Assembly: GCA_043800535.1 (NCBI GenBank) | Contig: JAZDMV010000008.1 | Span: forward strand, 9,251 to 73,250 | Direction: 5' to 3' | Length of the DNA: 64,000 nucleotides | Source: a bacterium | GTDB lineage: Bacteria > Patescibacteriota > Minisyncoccia > Portnoybacterales > GWB1-42-6 | Part shown: piece by piece, positions 9,560-19,108 of the stretch | Position numbering within the stretch: the first letter of the stretch is position 1 | Layout of the letters: every line of letters starts with the position of its first letter | Made by a program: the position numbers and the translations under genes | Notes under the pieces: generated by a model | Databases searched by the model: none | Told to the model about the DNA's origin: nothing | Seen by the model: only the letters and a program-made list of their open reading frames with translations

Positions 9560-9760
9560 CTTGGCAGGTACAATGGCTAAACCCCCACACCTCGGCCTTG
9601 AGGCCGTGGTGTTCCCAGGGAGTTAATTTTTAAAATCCATCCACATTTAACCAAAAGGAGCGAAACTTCCTGGTGTGGGGGTGAATTTATGAACCCCGTT
9701 AGAAATTTCGTTTAAAAAAACGATGTTTGTATCGGGGTCAAAACTAAAACACTTCATATT
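9560..9760 (+). promoter_or_regulatory. Structured 5' leader, candidate riboswitch (possibly c-di-AMP/ydaO-like)
   Basis: IR CCCCCACACC...GGTGTGGGGG, a GGGGGUGAAUUUAUGAACCCCG hairpin resembling the ydaO GGGGUGAAU element, and a CGGGGU segment, all upstream of an amidase-type hydrolase. Confidence 0.25.
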
Positions 9761-9777
9761 TTAATTGTGCAAATAAC

Positions 9778-12564
9778 ATGATTTCTAACGGGGTAAAAAA
9801 CTTTAGCCGAGTTTTATTTTTTGTGCTCACTTTCAGCAGTTTTATTGTTGCTCCCCTGGCAGGCGGGCAGACAGAAAGTGCAGGACTTGTTTATGGCGAT
9901 TCTGATGTTCCGGTAATTCTGCCGCGTTCCGTCTGGGATAATTCGCCAGAGCTCAACGCGCTTTTGAACTGGTTGCCGCAGAACGAAACTTATCCGTCCG
10001 ACTGGCAGCCGATAGAACGGATTGTCGTTCATGATACCGCCACGCCCAATAATGATCCATTTCCGGCGATTGCCAGAATTCAAAGCATTTATCGTTTTCA
10101 TGCGGTCACTAATGGCTGGGGGGACATCGGCTATAATTATTTGATCGACCAGGATGGTAAGATTTATGAAGGCAGGTTTGGCGGCAACGGTTCGCGTGGC
10201 GCTCACGCTTTCAACAGTAAAATGAGCGAAAATTTTAATTATGGAAGCATCGGTATCGCGTTAATTGGCAGTTTTGCTTCAGAGCCGGTTAAGCCAATAA
10301 TGCAGCAGTCGCTGGAACGCCTTATTGGCTGGCTGGCGGCAGCAAACAATCTTGATCCGAGCCAAACGCAAAAAACATTTTCGATCTGGACTCCGTCAAC
10401 TAATAGTTTTAGCTTGTCTTATTCGGGGCCGGTTGTTGTTGGCCACAAAAATATTGACCCGGCAAAATCAGATCCGGGAACGCTGAATTTTGCCGTCGTT
10501 CGCCAGGCGGCTGCTCAATATAAACAGGAATATCTTGGCGTCGTCTATCAGGCACCTAACAGTTCTAAAATTTATCAGCTCGCCAACGGCACGAGCACTG
10601 TTTTTGAAACAGCTGCTGATCTTACAGCGCGGGGAAACACATATCAAAAAATAGCGGCCATAAACCAAAGCCAGCTTAACCTTTTTTCGGCAAGCAGATT
10701 TTTGAAAAATGTTGACGGCAGTTTGCTCAAATTCGCCGGTTCTTCCACAATTTATCTGATTGACGGCGGCAAAAAGCGAAATTTGTCAATCACGGCAAAA
10801 CAATTTAGCGCGCTGGGTTTCGGCTGGGCAAATGTCAAACAGGTGATGGAAAGCGAGCTTGCTTTATATCCAAACGGGTCTCCCATCGTTTATGGTCCTG
10901 ACAAAGAATTGTTGAAAGATGCCAGCGGCCGAGTTTATTATATTGAAAATGGTCGCAAGCGCTGGGTCACTTCCGGCGGGCTGTTTGGAGCACTTGGTTT
11001 GCAGTGGAAAAAAGTTAAAGATAAAACAGACGAATACATGTCTACGGTTTTGGAAGGCGCTAACATGAGCTATCCTTCAGGCACGCTCGCCAAAGCATCC
11101 GGGCCGACGATCTACCTGATAGAAGACGGCGTTAAGCGTGAATTTTTATCCGATAGATCATTTTCGGCGCTGGGTTATCAGAAGAGTAAAATTATCAGCG
11201 TCACAGACGATGAATTATCATTGTATCCCAGCGGCTCTTTTGTTCCGTATAAGAGTGGGACGCTGGCGAGGAGCCAGAATGAAAGCACGATTTGGCGATT
11301 AAGCGGGAACGAAAAGCAGTCATTTGTCTCTGCTGAAGAATTTTTAAATCTCGGATATCAGTGGAAAAATGTGATTTTTGTTTCCGGCGAAGAACTGGTG
11401 CGTTACGCGTCTGGCGGCGATGTAAAATATCCTGACGGCACATTGGTGCAGAAAAAGGGCGATTACAATGTATATCAGATAAAAAGCGGAATAGCCAGTT
11501 TGATTCCTGATGCGGCCACCTTTAAGAAATTGAAATTGTCCTGGGCCAAGGTTCTAAAAATAAGCGCCGATGATTTTGGCAAGCTTTTTGGTTCAATAGC
11601 ATTGGCGGTGCCCAGTGTTCTACCGCCGCAACCGGTGTCACCAGCAACTCCGACGCCAGCTGCCACGCAGCCTGCCTTTCCGGCAGGCGGGCCAAACATC
11701 CGCGTTGCCATTTGGAATGTGCCGTCAAGCCAAACAGAAGTTGTTTTTAGCGCAGGTGGTCCTTATGACGTTTTTGATAAAAACGGAAATTTAATTGCGA
11801 GCAAAGCCGCCGGCGAGCAGTATTCGGTAAACACGGCAAACCCGACCAATACCTTTGTCCGGCTTACTCCAAAATCAGGGACAATTCTTGAAGCGGTTTC
11901 TTATCAGGATATCGCTTCGTGGAAAACCGGTTTAAACTACAATAAATTCCGGGGCAATCTTGAATTGGTTTATTCGAATAAATCAGGCAAGCTCTGGATG
12001 GTCAACGAGTTGCCGCTTGAAGAGTACTTGAAAGGCGTGGCAGAAACAAATCAGGGGCTGGCAGTGGAGTATTTAAAAACAATGGCCGTGGCAGCGCGTA
12101 CTTACGCCTTGTTCTATTACAATCAGGGCGGCAAGTACGGCAGTGATCAAGTTTATCATATAACTAATACAACCTCTGACCAACTATACAAAGGATATGG
12201 CCGCGAGCCGTATGCTTCCGACATTGTGACAGCCGCGCAGGCAACCTTGGGCGAGATCGTGTCTTACAATAACGGGCCCGTTGTCACAGCTTATAGCTCC
12301 GGCGCCGCGGAGCTTATGTCCGCTGGTTCCAGGTCCGCCTGTTCTGTCTGGGGCGGCAAATACTGCCAGGCGGGATTTGAATATTTAAAGGGCGGGGTTA
12401 AAGACCCCGAAGGCACAACATACAGCTATGACGTTTGTGGAAGCGGCAATCATTGTGTCGGGTTGTCGGGCGCCGGAACTCGGCGATTCGCCGCCCTCGG
12501 CAAAACATACAAAGAAATTTTGACGTATTATTATTTGGGGACGGAGGTTAAGAAAATCTATTAG
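9778..12564 (+). CDS. Secreted multidomain peptidoglycan hydrolase: N-acetylmuramoyl-L-alanine amidase (Amidase_2/PGRP) + 5 tandem ~70-aa repeats + SpoIID/LytB domain
   Basis: Signal peptide; amidase_2 segment (HDTATPNN...GWGDIGYNYLID). Five internal repeats (TIYLIDGGKKRNLS...LALYPNGS). C-terminal SpoIID-like region (AVAARTYALFYY...GYG...). Confidence 0.8.
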   Translation: MISNGVKNFSRVLFFVLTFSSFIVAPLAGGQTESAGLVYGDSDVPVILPRSVWDNSPELNALLNWLPQNETYPSDWQPIERIVVHDTATPNNDPFPAIARIQSIYRFHAVTNGWGDIGYNYLIDQDGKIYEGRFGGNGSRGAHAFNSKMSENFNYGSIGIALIGSFASEPVKPIMQQSLERLIGWLAAANNLDPSQTQKTFSIWTPSTNSFSLSYSGPVVVGHKNIDPAKSDPGTLNFAVVRQAAAQYKQEYLGVVYQAPNSSKIYQLANGTSTVFETAADLTARGNTYQKIAAINQSQLNLFSASRFLKNVDGSLLKFAGSSTIYLIDGGKKRNLSITAKQFSALGFGWANVKQVMESELALYPNGSPIVYGPDKELLKDASGRVYYIENGRKRWVTSGGLFGALGLQWKKVKDKTDEYMSTVLEGANMSYPSGTLAKASGPTIYLIEDGVKREFLSDRSFSALGYQKSKIISVTDDELSLYPSGSFVPYKSGTLARSQNESTIWRLSGNEKQSFVSAEEFLNLGYQWKNVIFVSGEELVRYASGGDVKYPDGTLVQKKGDYNVYQIKSGIASLIPDAATFKKLKLSWAKVLKISADDFGKLFGSIALAVPSVLPPQPVSPATPTPAATQPAFPAGGPNIRVAIWNVPSSQTEVVFSAGGPYDVFDKNGNLIASKAAGEQYSVNTANPTNTFVRLTPKSGTILEAVSYQDIASWKTGLNYNKFRGNLELVYSNKSGKLWMVNELPLEEYLKGVAETNQGLAVEYLKTMAVAARTYALFYYNQGGKYGSDQVYHITNTTSDQLYKGYGREPYASDIVTAAQATLGEIVSYNNGPVVTAYSSGAAELMSAGSRSACSVWGGKYCQAGFEYLKGGVKDPEGTTYSYDVCGSGNHCVGLSGAGTRRFAALGKTYKEILTYYYLGTEVKKIY

Positions 12565-12577
12565 GCCCACTAATAGC

Positions 12578-13000
12578 ATGGCTTATTATAACAAAATTGG
12601 GTTATTAATAATGAACCAAGACAATACCGCTTTTTTAGTTTGTGAGCCAGGAGAAAAATATACAGTGAAAAGCGTAACACAATATTTAATGCCTGGGGGC
12701 AAGCTGATGGAAGATTCTGATATAGAATGTTTGAAAGCTGAGATAAAAGAAGAATTGGATTGTGATGTTGATGAAAATTCCCTTGAACTTATCAGTGAAT
12801 ATATTGATGTCGCGGCGACTCCTGGCAGAGACGTGATGATTCGTCTTTATAAAGGCAAACTACTGGGAGAACCCAAGCCGAGTACCGAAATTGGCGCACT
12901 TCATTGGATCGGAAAAAAAGACGCCGATAATTCAAAAGTGTCTTCTATTATTAGGAATAAAATAATCCCGGACATAATTGAGAAGAACATACTTAAGTAA
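12578..13000 (+). CDS. NUDIX hydrolase
   Basis: Nudix box GGKLMEDSDIECLKAEIKEELDC. Confidence 0.75.
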   Translation: MAYYNKIGLLIMNQDNTAFLVCEPGEKYTVKSVTQYLMPGGKLMEDSDIECLKAEIKEELDCDVDENSLELISEYIDVAATPGRDVMIRLYKGKLLGEPKPSTEIGALHWIGKKDADNSKVSSIIRNKIIPDIIEKNILK

Positions 13001-13025
13001 TTTTTATAAGTACGTATTATAATTT

Positions 13026-13949
13026 ATGCCAAAAGTTTTTATCATTGTGCTTAACTGGAACGGTTTGAAAGATACGGAAGAGTGCATTGAATCGCTGAAG
13101 AAAATCGACTACCCTGACTATAAAATTGTGGTTGTTGATAACGGCTCAACCGATGGTTCGGACGAAATTATTCCAAAAAAGCATTTTCAGGACGTCGCTT
13201 TCATTGAAACAAAAAGCAACCTTGGCTTTGCCGGCGGCAATAACATCGGAATAAAACATGCGCTTGATAACGGCGCCGATTATATCCTTCTTTTAAATAA
13301 TGATACAACGGTTGAGCCGGATTTTTTGTCAAAATTAGTTAAAGCAGCGGAAGGTGATAAAAAAATTGGGATTGTCGGGCCGATGATATTTTTTTATGAC
13401 GAGCCGGATAGGGTCTGGTTCGGCGGCGGAAAGATCAACTGGTCAAAAATCCGCGGCTCGCACCTTGATTACAATACAGTGAAAAAAAGAGACCATGCCT
13501 TGAGCGATGAAGAGATGGAAAAAGAAAAGAACAAGGTTGTGGATTACATAACTGGCTGTTGCTTGCTTATAAAGAGAGAAGTGGTTGAAAAGATCGGATA
13601 TCTGAATGACGACTACTTTTTATATTATGAGGATGCGGATTGGTGCATGCGTGCTAAAAAAGCCGGCTGGCAGTCGGTCGTGGTGCCCGCCTCATATATC
13701 TATCACAAACAGTCAAAAAGTACGGTTGAATTTTCTTATCCTTATATTTATTATCATTCCCGCAACGGACTTTTATTTGCTTCGCGTTTTGGCTCAAAGC
13801 CGCTGGCTTATTTAATAAGTTTTTGGATTTTTGGAAAACAAATTATTAAGCTCGTCTTTAGTTACCATAAGGCCTGGGCAAAGGCGGCTTTGAGAGGAGT
13901 GCTGGATTTTTGGATGGGGAACAAGGGAAAGCTGGGAGGATACTATTAG
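13026..13949 (+). CDS. Glycosyltransferase family 2
   Basis: VVDNGSTDGS, LLLNNDT (DxD) and YYEDADWCMR motifs. Confidence 0.8.
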   Translation: MPKVFIIVLNWNGLKDTEECIESLKKIDYPDYKIVVVDNGSTDGSDEIIPKKHFQDVAFIETKSNLGFAGGNNIGIKHALDNGADYILLLNNDTTVEPDFLSKLVKAAEGDKKIGIVGPMIFFYDEPDRVWFGGGKINWSKIRGSHLDYNTVKKRDHALSDEEMEKEKNKVVDYITGCCLLIKREVVEKIGYLNDDYFLYYEDADWCMRAKKAGWQSVVVPASYIYHKQSKSTVEFSYPYIYYHSRNGLLFASRFGSKPLAYLISFWIFGKQIIKLVFSYHKAWAKAALRGVLDFWMGNKGKLGGYY

Positions 13950-14070
13950 ATAAATTTAAAGTTAAAAGTGCAAAATTTTTGTATCCCACGGGGGGATGAT
14001 TATATAATTGTGTGTTTTTTGTAGCAAGAAAAAACGTGCACCTAAATTTTTCATTTTTCATTTTTAACTT

Positions 14071-15228
14071 ATGTTGATCGGCATTGATGCACACTGGCTG
14101 GAGGGGAATCGCACCGGCGTTGGCCGGTACCTTTTTAATTTACTCAAAGCTTGGTCCCGTTCCGAATCTGACATACTCTCCCGTGCTCCCGAGCACGGGA
14201 GAGTATGTCAGGTAAAGTTTGTATTGTATTTTAAGGACGAGATACCGAAAGATTTGCCGCAGTCGTCTTTGTTTAAGGTAATGCTTCTAAATGTGAAAAG
14301 CACGGCTAAATTCATCCATTGGGACTTGTGCCGGGCGGCTTGCAAGGATAAGGTGGATGTCCTGTTTTGTCCCGCATATATTGCGCCGCTATTTTATAGC
14401 GGTAAAATCGCGTTAACGCTCCATGACATAATCTATGAAACGCATCCGGAATGGTTTGAATGGAAAAGCTGGGCAGATAAGATTTTGCTCAAATGGGTTT
14501 CAAAGATCTCGGCGCGCAAGGCGGCTTTAATTTTTACCATTTCTGATTTTTCGCGGCAGGAAATTATCGAATATTTTAGGATCAAAGCAGAAAAAATAAA
14601 GGCAATCCCTTTGGCAGGAGACATCGGGGAGGTAGCGGAAGGGGGAAGCGATGAGATACTGAAAAATCAATTCGGCATCAAAGACCGGTTCGGATTTTAT
14701 GTCGGCTCGATTTTTAACCGGCGGCATTTGTCCGAAATAATTGACGCGTTTTCCAGAATTGCGCAGGAAAGATCAGATTTTCAGCTGTTGCTGGCTGGTA
14801 AAGACCATACAAAGCCCGCACAGGACATAAGAGGCAAGGCCGAAAAGGTAAATAAAAAATTGGAGCGGCATGCGATTTTAAGGGTTGATTTTGTGAACGA
14901 TCATGAGTTAAAATTATTGTATAACGCATGTGCGTTTTTTATTTACCTTTCCGATTACGAAGGGTTTGGATTGCCACCCTTGGAAGCGATGGCCTTGGGC
15001 GCGCCAACCATAACCAGCGATGCAACTTCGCTAAAAGAAGTGGCTGGTTCGGCCGCGCTGTTGGTGAAAGAAAATTCAGATACAGAAGAAATTTATCAGG
15101 CGATGAAGAAGATTATAGACGAGGAAGCATTGCGGTCGCGGCTGATAGAAAAAGGCAAGGAGCAAGCGGCGAAATTTTCCTGGAAAAAATGTGCGGAGGA
15201 GACATTATCAGAATTATTAAACGCGTGA
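14071..15228 (+). CDS. Glycosyltransferase family 4 carrying an in-frame palindromic-repeat insertion
   Basis: GT4 N-terminus MLIGIDAHWLEGNRTGVGRY and C-terminal EGFGLPPLEAMALGAP motif. The 42-nt palindrome at 14169-14210 is translated as DILSRAPEHGRVCQ. Confidence 0.8.
   Translation: MLIGIDAHWLEGNRTGVGRYLFNLLKAWSRSESDILSRAPEHGRVCQVKFVLYFKDEIPKDLPQSSLFKVMLLNVKSTAKFIHWDLCRAACKDKVDVLFCPAYIAPLFYSGKIALTLHDIIYETHPEWFEWKSWADKILLKWVSKISARKAALIFTISDFSRQEIIEYFRIKAEKIKAIPLAGDIGEVAEGGSDEILKNQFGIKDRFGFYVGSIFNRRHLSEIIDAFSRIAQERSDFQLLLAGKDHTKPAQDIRGKAEKVNKKLERHAILRVDFVNDHELKLLYNACAFFIYLSDYEGFGLPPLEAMALGAPTITSDATSLKEVAGSAALLVKENSDTEEIYQAMKKIIDEEALRSRLIEKGKEQAAKFSWKKCAEETLSELLNA
14169..14210. repeat. 42-nt perfect palindrome (CATACTCTCCCGTGCTCC family), copy 1, in-frame within the GT4 gene
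   Basis: TGACATACTCTCCCGTGCTC-CC-GAGCACGGGAGAGTATGTCA; 20+2+20 nt, 14 codons. Confidence 0.9.
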
Positions 15229-15267
15229 TAAGCTGGATATCCTAGTTTTCTCATTTCTTTATTTCCT

Positions 15268-15318
15268 AATTTCTAGGTGATGGAAATCAGGAAACTGAGA
15301 AATTAGGAAATTATCAGG
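15268..15318 (+). terminator. AT-rich 14-bp stem hairpin after the GT4 gene (terminator/attenuator-like)
   Basis: ATTTCCTAATTTCT...AGAAATTAGGAAAT perfect inverted repeat. Confidence 0.35.
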
Positions 15319-15331
15319 GTAAATTAAAATT

Positions 15332-16900
15332 TTGAAAAAATACTTTGTTCCGTTAAATATAATTTTTGCTGTTGAGGTGATAATAGTGATATTGGCTTCA
15401 CTCGGAATTATTCCCCGCGAGGCGGTTTTAGCGCTGACGGGCTTGATGATTTTTTACATGATCTTTTCGCCGGTGGAAGATTCTCTTTATCTTGTTGTTG
15501 CATCAATCCCGCTTTTTGTCGCTTTGCCGATAAGCGGTAATTTTGATTCAATGGCTAATTGGCGGATCTTGATTACCGTCTTGTTTTTATGCCTGTTTTT
15601 TAAGCGTGGGATTTTAAGTGTGCTGTTGAAAGACGAGAAAGGTCGTTGGCAGTTGAAAGAAAAGTATGGCTGCTATTTAGCTGAATACCTGATTTTGCCG
15701 TTTTTGGGCATAGCGGCATTGTCTATTTTTGTGGCTGACTACAAAATTTTAGGGGTGAAGAAATTGTTATTTCTAATTAATATTTTTCTGTTGTTTCTTA
15801 TTATACGAAACTTAGCGGGAAGAAAAGAGGTTTTTTTAAATATTCTGAAAGCGGCCGCCACGGGTGCTTCTGTTGTCGTTTTGGGAGGCGCGGTGCAGTT
15901 TATTGCTATTTTATTTTTGCCTTTGTACAATTTCTGGCAATTTTGGGCAAATAGCGTGATTGGCGTTTTTTATGGGCAAGGCCTTGCCAAACTTTTGTCT
16001 ATCAGTAATACCTGGTTTGCCTATTATGTGAACAGGCCACCGACATTAAGGATTTTTTCTTTGTTTCCCGATTCTCATTCTTCAGCGATGTTTTTAATTC
16101 TGGCGACGCCGGTATTTTTGGCTTTGGCCGTGTTTTTTGAAAAAGAGCGGGGCAAAAAAATATTTTTTTGGGTAATGGTTGGGTTGTCGCTGTTTTTTGT
16201 CATTATGTCCGGCTCGCGGGGCGCCTGGCTTAGTTTTATCCCGGTTTTTATAGTTGCTTTATATATTTTTATCAAAAAGACGGATCGGCAGTTAAACAGA
16301 AAGATCATTGTAACGGCGGCGATTTTTGGGATTCTTTTTTTTGCATCGTCTTTTTATCCATTCGTTTTTTATAAAGTGCAATCGTGGTTGGGCTACGGCA
16401 GTTCCTATGATGTCTCGTTTTTTGAGCGGGCAAAATCAATTTCTGACCTGGACGAAATTTCCAATAAAAGCCGGCTACAGATATGGCGGGCGAGTATAAG
16501 CTCTTTAGCGCAGCATCCGATGCTTGGTGTTGGCCTGGGCAATTATATAACAGTGCTGAATGAAGACGTTTCGGCAGTAAAAAAAGGCGCCTCGGCTCAT
16601 AATTTGTATCTTGATTTTGCGGCGGAAATAGGGATCTTAGGCGTTTTGATTCTTTTGGCGATTTTTGTTGAAATCCTGCGCACTTGCTGGCTGGTTTTTG
16701 GGCAGGCGGAGGAGCCATATTTTAAAATTTTTGGTCTGGCGTTCGGTCTTTACTTTTTGTGGGCGCTGGTTTATAGTTTATTTGATGTGGTGCTTTTAAA
16801 CGACAAAGTGTTTCTGTTTTTCATGGTTGCAACCGGCGCGCTTTATTCCATAAGAGCACTGACGGAAGATAAGCGAAAGAAAGCAGCAATAATTCAGTAG
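15332..16900 (+). CDS. O-antigen ligase/polymerase-like (Wzy_C domain) polytopic membrane protein
   Basis: 522 aa, more than 10 TM, with SGSRGAW motif and a periplasmic loop typical of the O-antigen ligase family. Confidence 0.7.
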   Translation: MKKYFVPLNIIFAVEVIIVILASLGIIPREAVLALTGLMIFYMIFSPVEDSLYLVVASIPLFVALPISGNFDSMANWRILITVLFLCLFFKRGILSVLLKDEKGRWQLKEKYGCYLAEYLILPFLGIAALSIFVADYKILGVKKLLFLINIFLLFLIIRNLAGRKEVFLNILKAAATGASVVVLGGAVQFIAILFLPLYNFWQFWANSVIGVFYGQGLAKLLSISNTWFAYYVNRPPTLRIFSLFPDSHSSAMFLILATPVFLALAVFFEKERGKKIFFWVMVGLSLFFVIMSGSRGAWLSFIPVFIVALYIFIKKTDRQLNRKIIVTAAIFGILFFASSFYPFVFYKVQSWLGYGSSYDVSFFERAKSISDLDEISNKSRLQIWRASISSLAQHPMLGVGLGNYITVLNEDVSAVKKGASAHNLYLDFAAEIGILGVLILLAIFVEILRTCWLVFGQAEEPYFKIFGLAFGLYFLWALVYSLFDVVLLNDKVFLFFMVATGALYSIRALTEDKRKKAAIIQ

Positions 16901-16912
16901 CAAAAAATTTTC

Positions 16913-17965
16913 ATGCTATCGGTTTCTGTCAATTTGGTTACATACAATGGCCGGCGATTTATTGAAAATTGTTTAAAGTCTGTTTTGCGGCAGACATACC
17001 CGAAAGTTGAGATTTTGATAATTGATAACGCGTCTCAAGATAATACAGTGTTGATGGCGCAGGAAATTATCGGCAAAGAAAATCCTAAATTTCCAGTGCG
17101 TATAATTAAAAATGAAAAAAATCTCGGTTTCTCAGCTGGCCATAATTTGGGGATAAAGGAAAGCAGGGGAGAATTGGTTGTCTGTTTGAATCAGGACGTG
17201 GTGCTGGTACCGGATTTTATTGAAAAAGCTGTTGAGTTTTTTGAAAAAAATGGCCAAACTGAAATTGCAGCGCTTCAGCCAAAGCTTTTACGGCTTGATA
17301 AGGAGTTGCAGCCGTCCAGCATTATTGATACGACAGGTTTGGTAATGTTAAAAAACCGGCGGATTATTAGTCGCGGTCAGGGGCAGAAAGACGAAGGGCA
17401 GTATGGTAATATAGAAGAAGTATTTGGCGCGGATGGAGCCGCGCCGGTCTATAAAAGAGACGCGTTGGAAGACGTGAAAATAAATGTCAAATGTCAAATG
17501 TCAAATGTCAAAACCGCGGATGGCGAATACTTTGATGAGGACTTCTTTGCTTATAAAGAAGACGTTGATTTATCGTGGCGTTTACGTCTAGCCGGTTGGA
17601 AAATTTTTTATGTTCCCAAAGTCATAGCCTGGCATGGTCGTAGCGCCGGAGACAGTACAGCCACTAATTATTTTGCCATTATCAGAGAAAGATTAAAAAT
17701 TAGTAAATTTGCCAAATACGTAGCTTTTAAAAACCAAAGATTGATGCAGATAAAAAATGAGCAGCTATTTCTTTTATTAAAACACTTACCGCGATTTTTG
17801 GTTAAAGAAATCAGTTCTTGGACATATGTAATTTTATTTGAGCGATTTACGTGGTCGGCAATTAGAGACCTATTTAGGCAGGCACCGCGCGCTTTTCAAA
17901 AACGTAAAATAATTATGGAGAGCAGAAGAGCCAGCGTAAACGAAATGGGAAAGTGGTTTATTTAA
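16913..17965 (+). CDS. Glycosyltransferase family 2 containing an internal heptanucleotide repeat
   Basis: IIDNASQDNT, LNQDVVL and YKEDVDLSWR motifs. (AAATGTC)x4 at 17482-17509 encodes INVKCQMSNVKT. Confidence 0.8.
   Translation: MLSVSVNLVTYNGRRFIENCLKSVLRQTYPKVEILIIDNASQDNTVLMAQEIIGKENPKFPVRIIKNEKNLGFSAGHNLGIKESRGELVVCLNQDVVLVPDFIEKAVEFFEKNGQTEIAALQPKLLRLDKELQPSSIIDTTGLVMLKNRRIISRGQGQKDEGQYGNIEEVFGADGAAPVYKRDALEDVKINVKCQMSNVKTADGEYFDEDFFAYKEDVDLSWRLRLAGWKIFYVPKVIAWHGRSAGDSTATNYFAIIRERLKISKFAKYVAFKNQRLMQIKNEQLFLLLKHLPRFLVKEISSWTYVILFERFTWSAIRDLFRQAPRAFQKRKIIMESRRASVNEMGKWFI
17482..17509 (+). repeat. Heptanucleotide tandem repeat (AAATGTC)x4 inside the GT2 CDS
   Basis: Four perfect 7-nt units followed by AAA; the unit length is not a multiple of 3. 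Confidence 0.9.
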
Positions 17966-17990
17966 AAAATTTCAGTTAGCGCAAAAAATA

Positions 17991-19040
17991 ATGGTAATAC
18001 AAAATGATCTTTCGGAATTAAATAAACCGGATGCGGAGCAAAAGCCTTACAGAAAGAGACGGTTTTGGCTGTGGACTTTAATTATTATTGCAGTTCTGGC
18101 AGGATTGTCCGGCGTAATGTTTTATAAGGCAGGATTCACTTTCTCGCAGATGAATGTCAATGCGGGCGGAAGCATCCTGCCAGTTTTGGAAGACGCGCCT
18201 AAAGCTGAGAAAGACGAGGACAGAATAAATATTCTCATGCTTGGTCTGCGCGGACCGGAAGACCCGAATGGTGGGTTGCTGACGGATACTATAATAGTTT
18301 TGAGCGTCAAAAAATCTACCGGTCAGGTGGCGATGATATCAGTTCCGCGCGACCTTTATGTTAAAATGCCGACGGTCAATGGTCAGAATAAGTCGCCAGC
18401 CATTAAAGAGAAAATCAATTTTGCCTATGCATTGGGCGAAGAAACAAAGCAGGGGGCGGGCCTGGCATTCAGTAAGGCGGTAATATCAAACGTGACAGGC
18501 CTATATATTGACCACGTTGCTTCTGTTGATTTTATGGCTTTTAAAGATGTTGTTGATATTCTGGGAGGAATTGATGTTTATCTTGATAAGCCATTCCGCG
18601 AAACTGCTCAGTTTGCCAAAGAAATTCTGCTTGAGCTACCTGAAGGCAAAAATCATCTAGACGGCGACACAGCATTGTATTTTGTGCGCTCACGTTATTC
18701 AACGAGCGATTTTGACAGGGCGCGCCGCCAGCAGCAGGCTCTTGTGGCAATGAAAGACAAAGCGCTTTCGGCCGGGATTTTGCTTAATCCCTTAAAAGTT
18801 TTTGAGTTGTTGAGCGCTATGGGCAAGCATGTACGCACCGATATGGGAGTGGGAGATATAAATAATTTGTTAAGCTTGGCGGGCAATTTTAATTCCAAAA
18901 ATATTACGCATAAGATTTTTGATACAACCGAGGAGGGCTTGCTTTACGCCACAACGAGCGATAGCGGCGCCTACATTCTGCTGCCGGTCGGGGACAATTT
19001 TGAGAAGATGCGAGAGGCGAGCAAGAATATATTTCAGTAA
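17991..19040 (+). CDS. LytR-CpsA-Psr (LCP) family cell-envelope polymer transferase
   Basis: N-terminal TM; LGLRGPED...DTIIVLSV...ISVPRDLYV and ALYFVRSRYS...RARRQQ motifs. Confidence 0.8.
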   Translation: MVIQNDLSELNKPDAEQKPYRKRRFWLWTLIIIAVLAGLSGVMFYKAGFTFSQMNVNAGGSILPVLEDAPKAEKDEDRINILMLGLRGPEDPNGGLLTDTIIVLSVKKSTGQVAMISVPRDLYVKMPTVNGQNKSPAIKEKINFAYALGEETKQGAGLAFSKAVISNVTGLYIDHVASVDFMAFKDVVDILGGIDVYLDKPFRETAQFAKEILLELPEGKNHLDGDTALYFVRSRYSTSDFDRARRQQQALVAMKDKALSAGILLNPLKVFELLSAMGKHVRTDMGVGDINNLLSLAGNFNSKNITHKIFDTTEEGLLYATTSDSGAYILLPVGDNFEKMREASKNIFQ

Positions 19041-19108
19041 ATTTTCAATTATCAATTTACAATTCTCAATAAATGTCCCACAAAGCGGGACAAGTTTGAA
19101 AATTAGTT

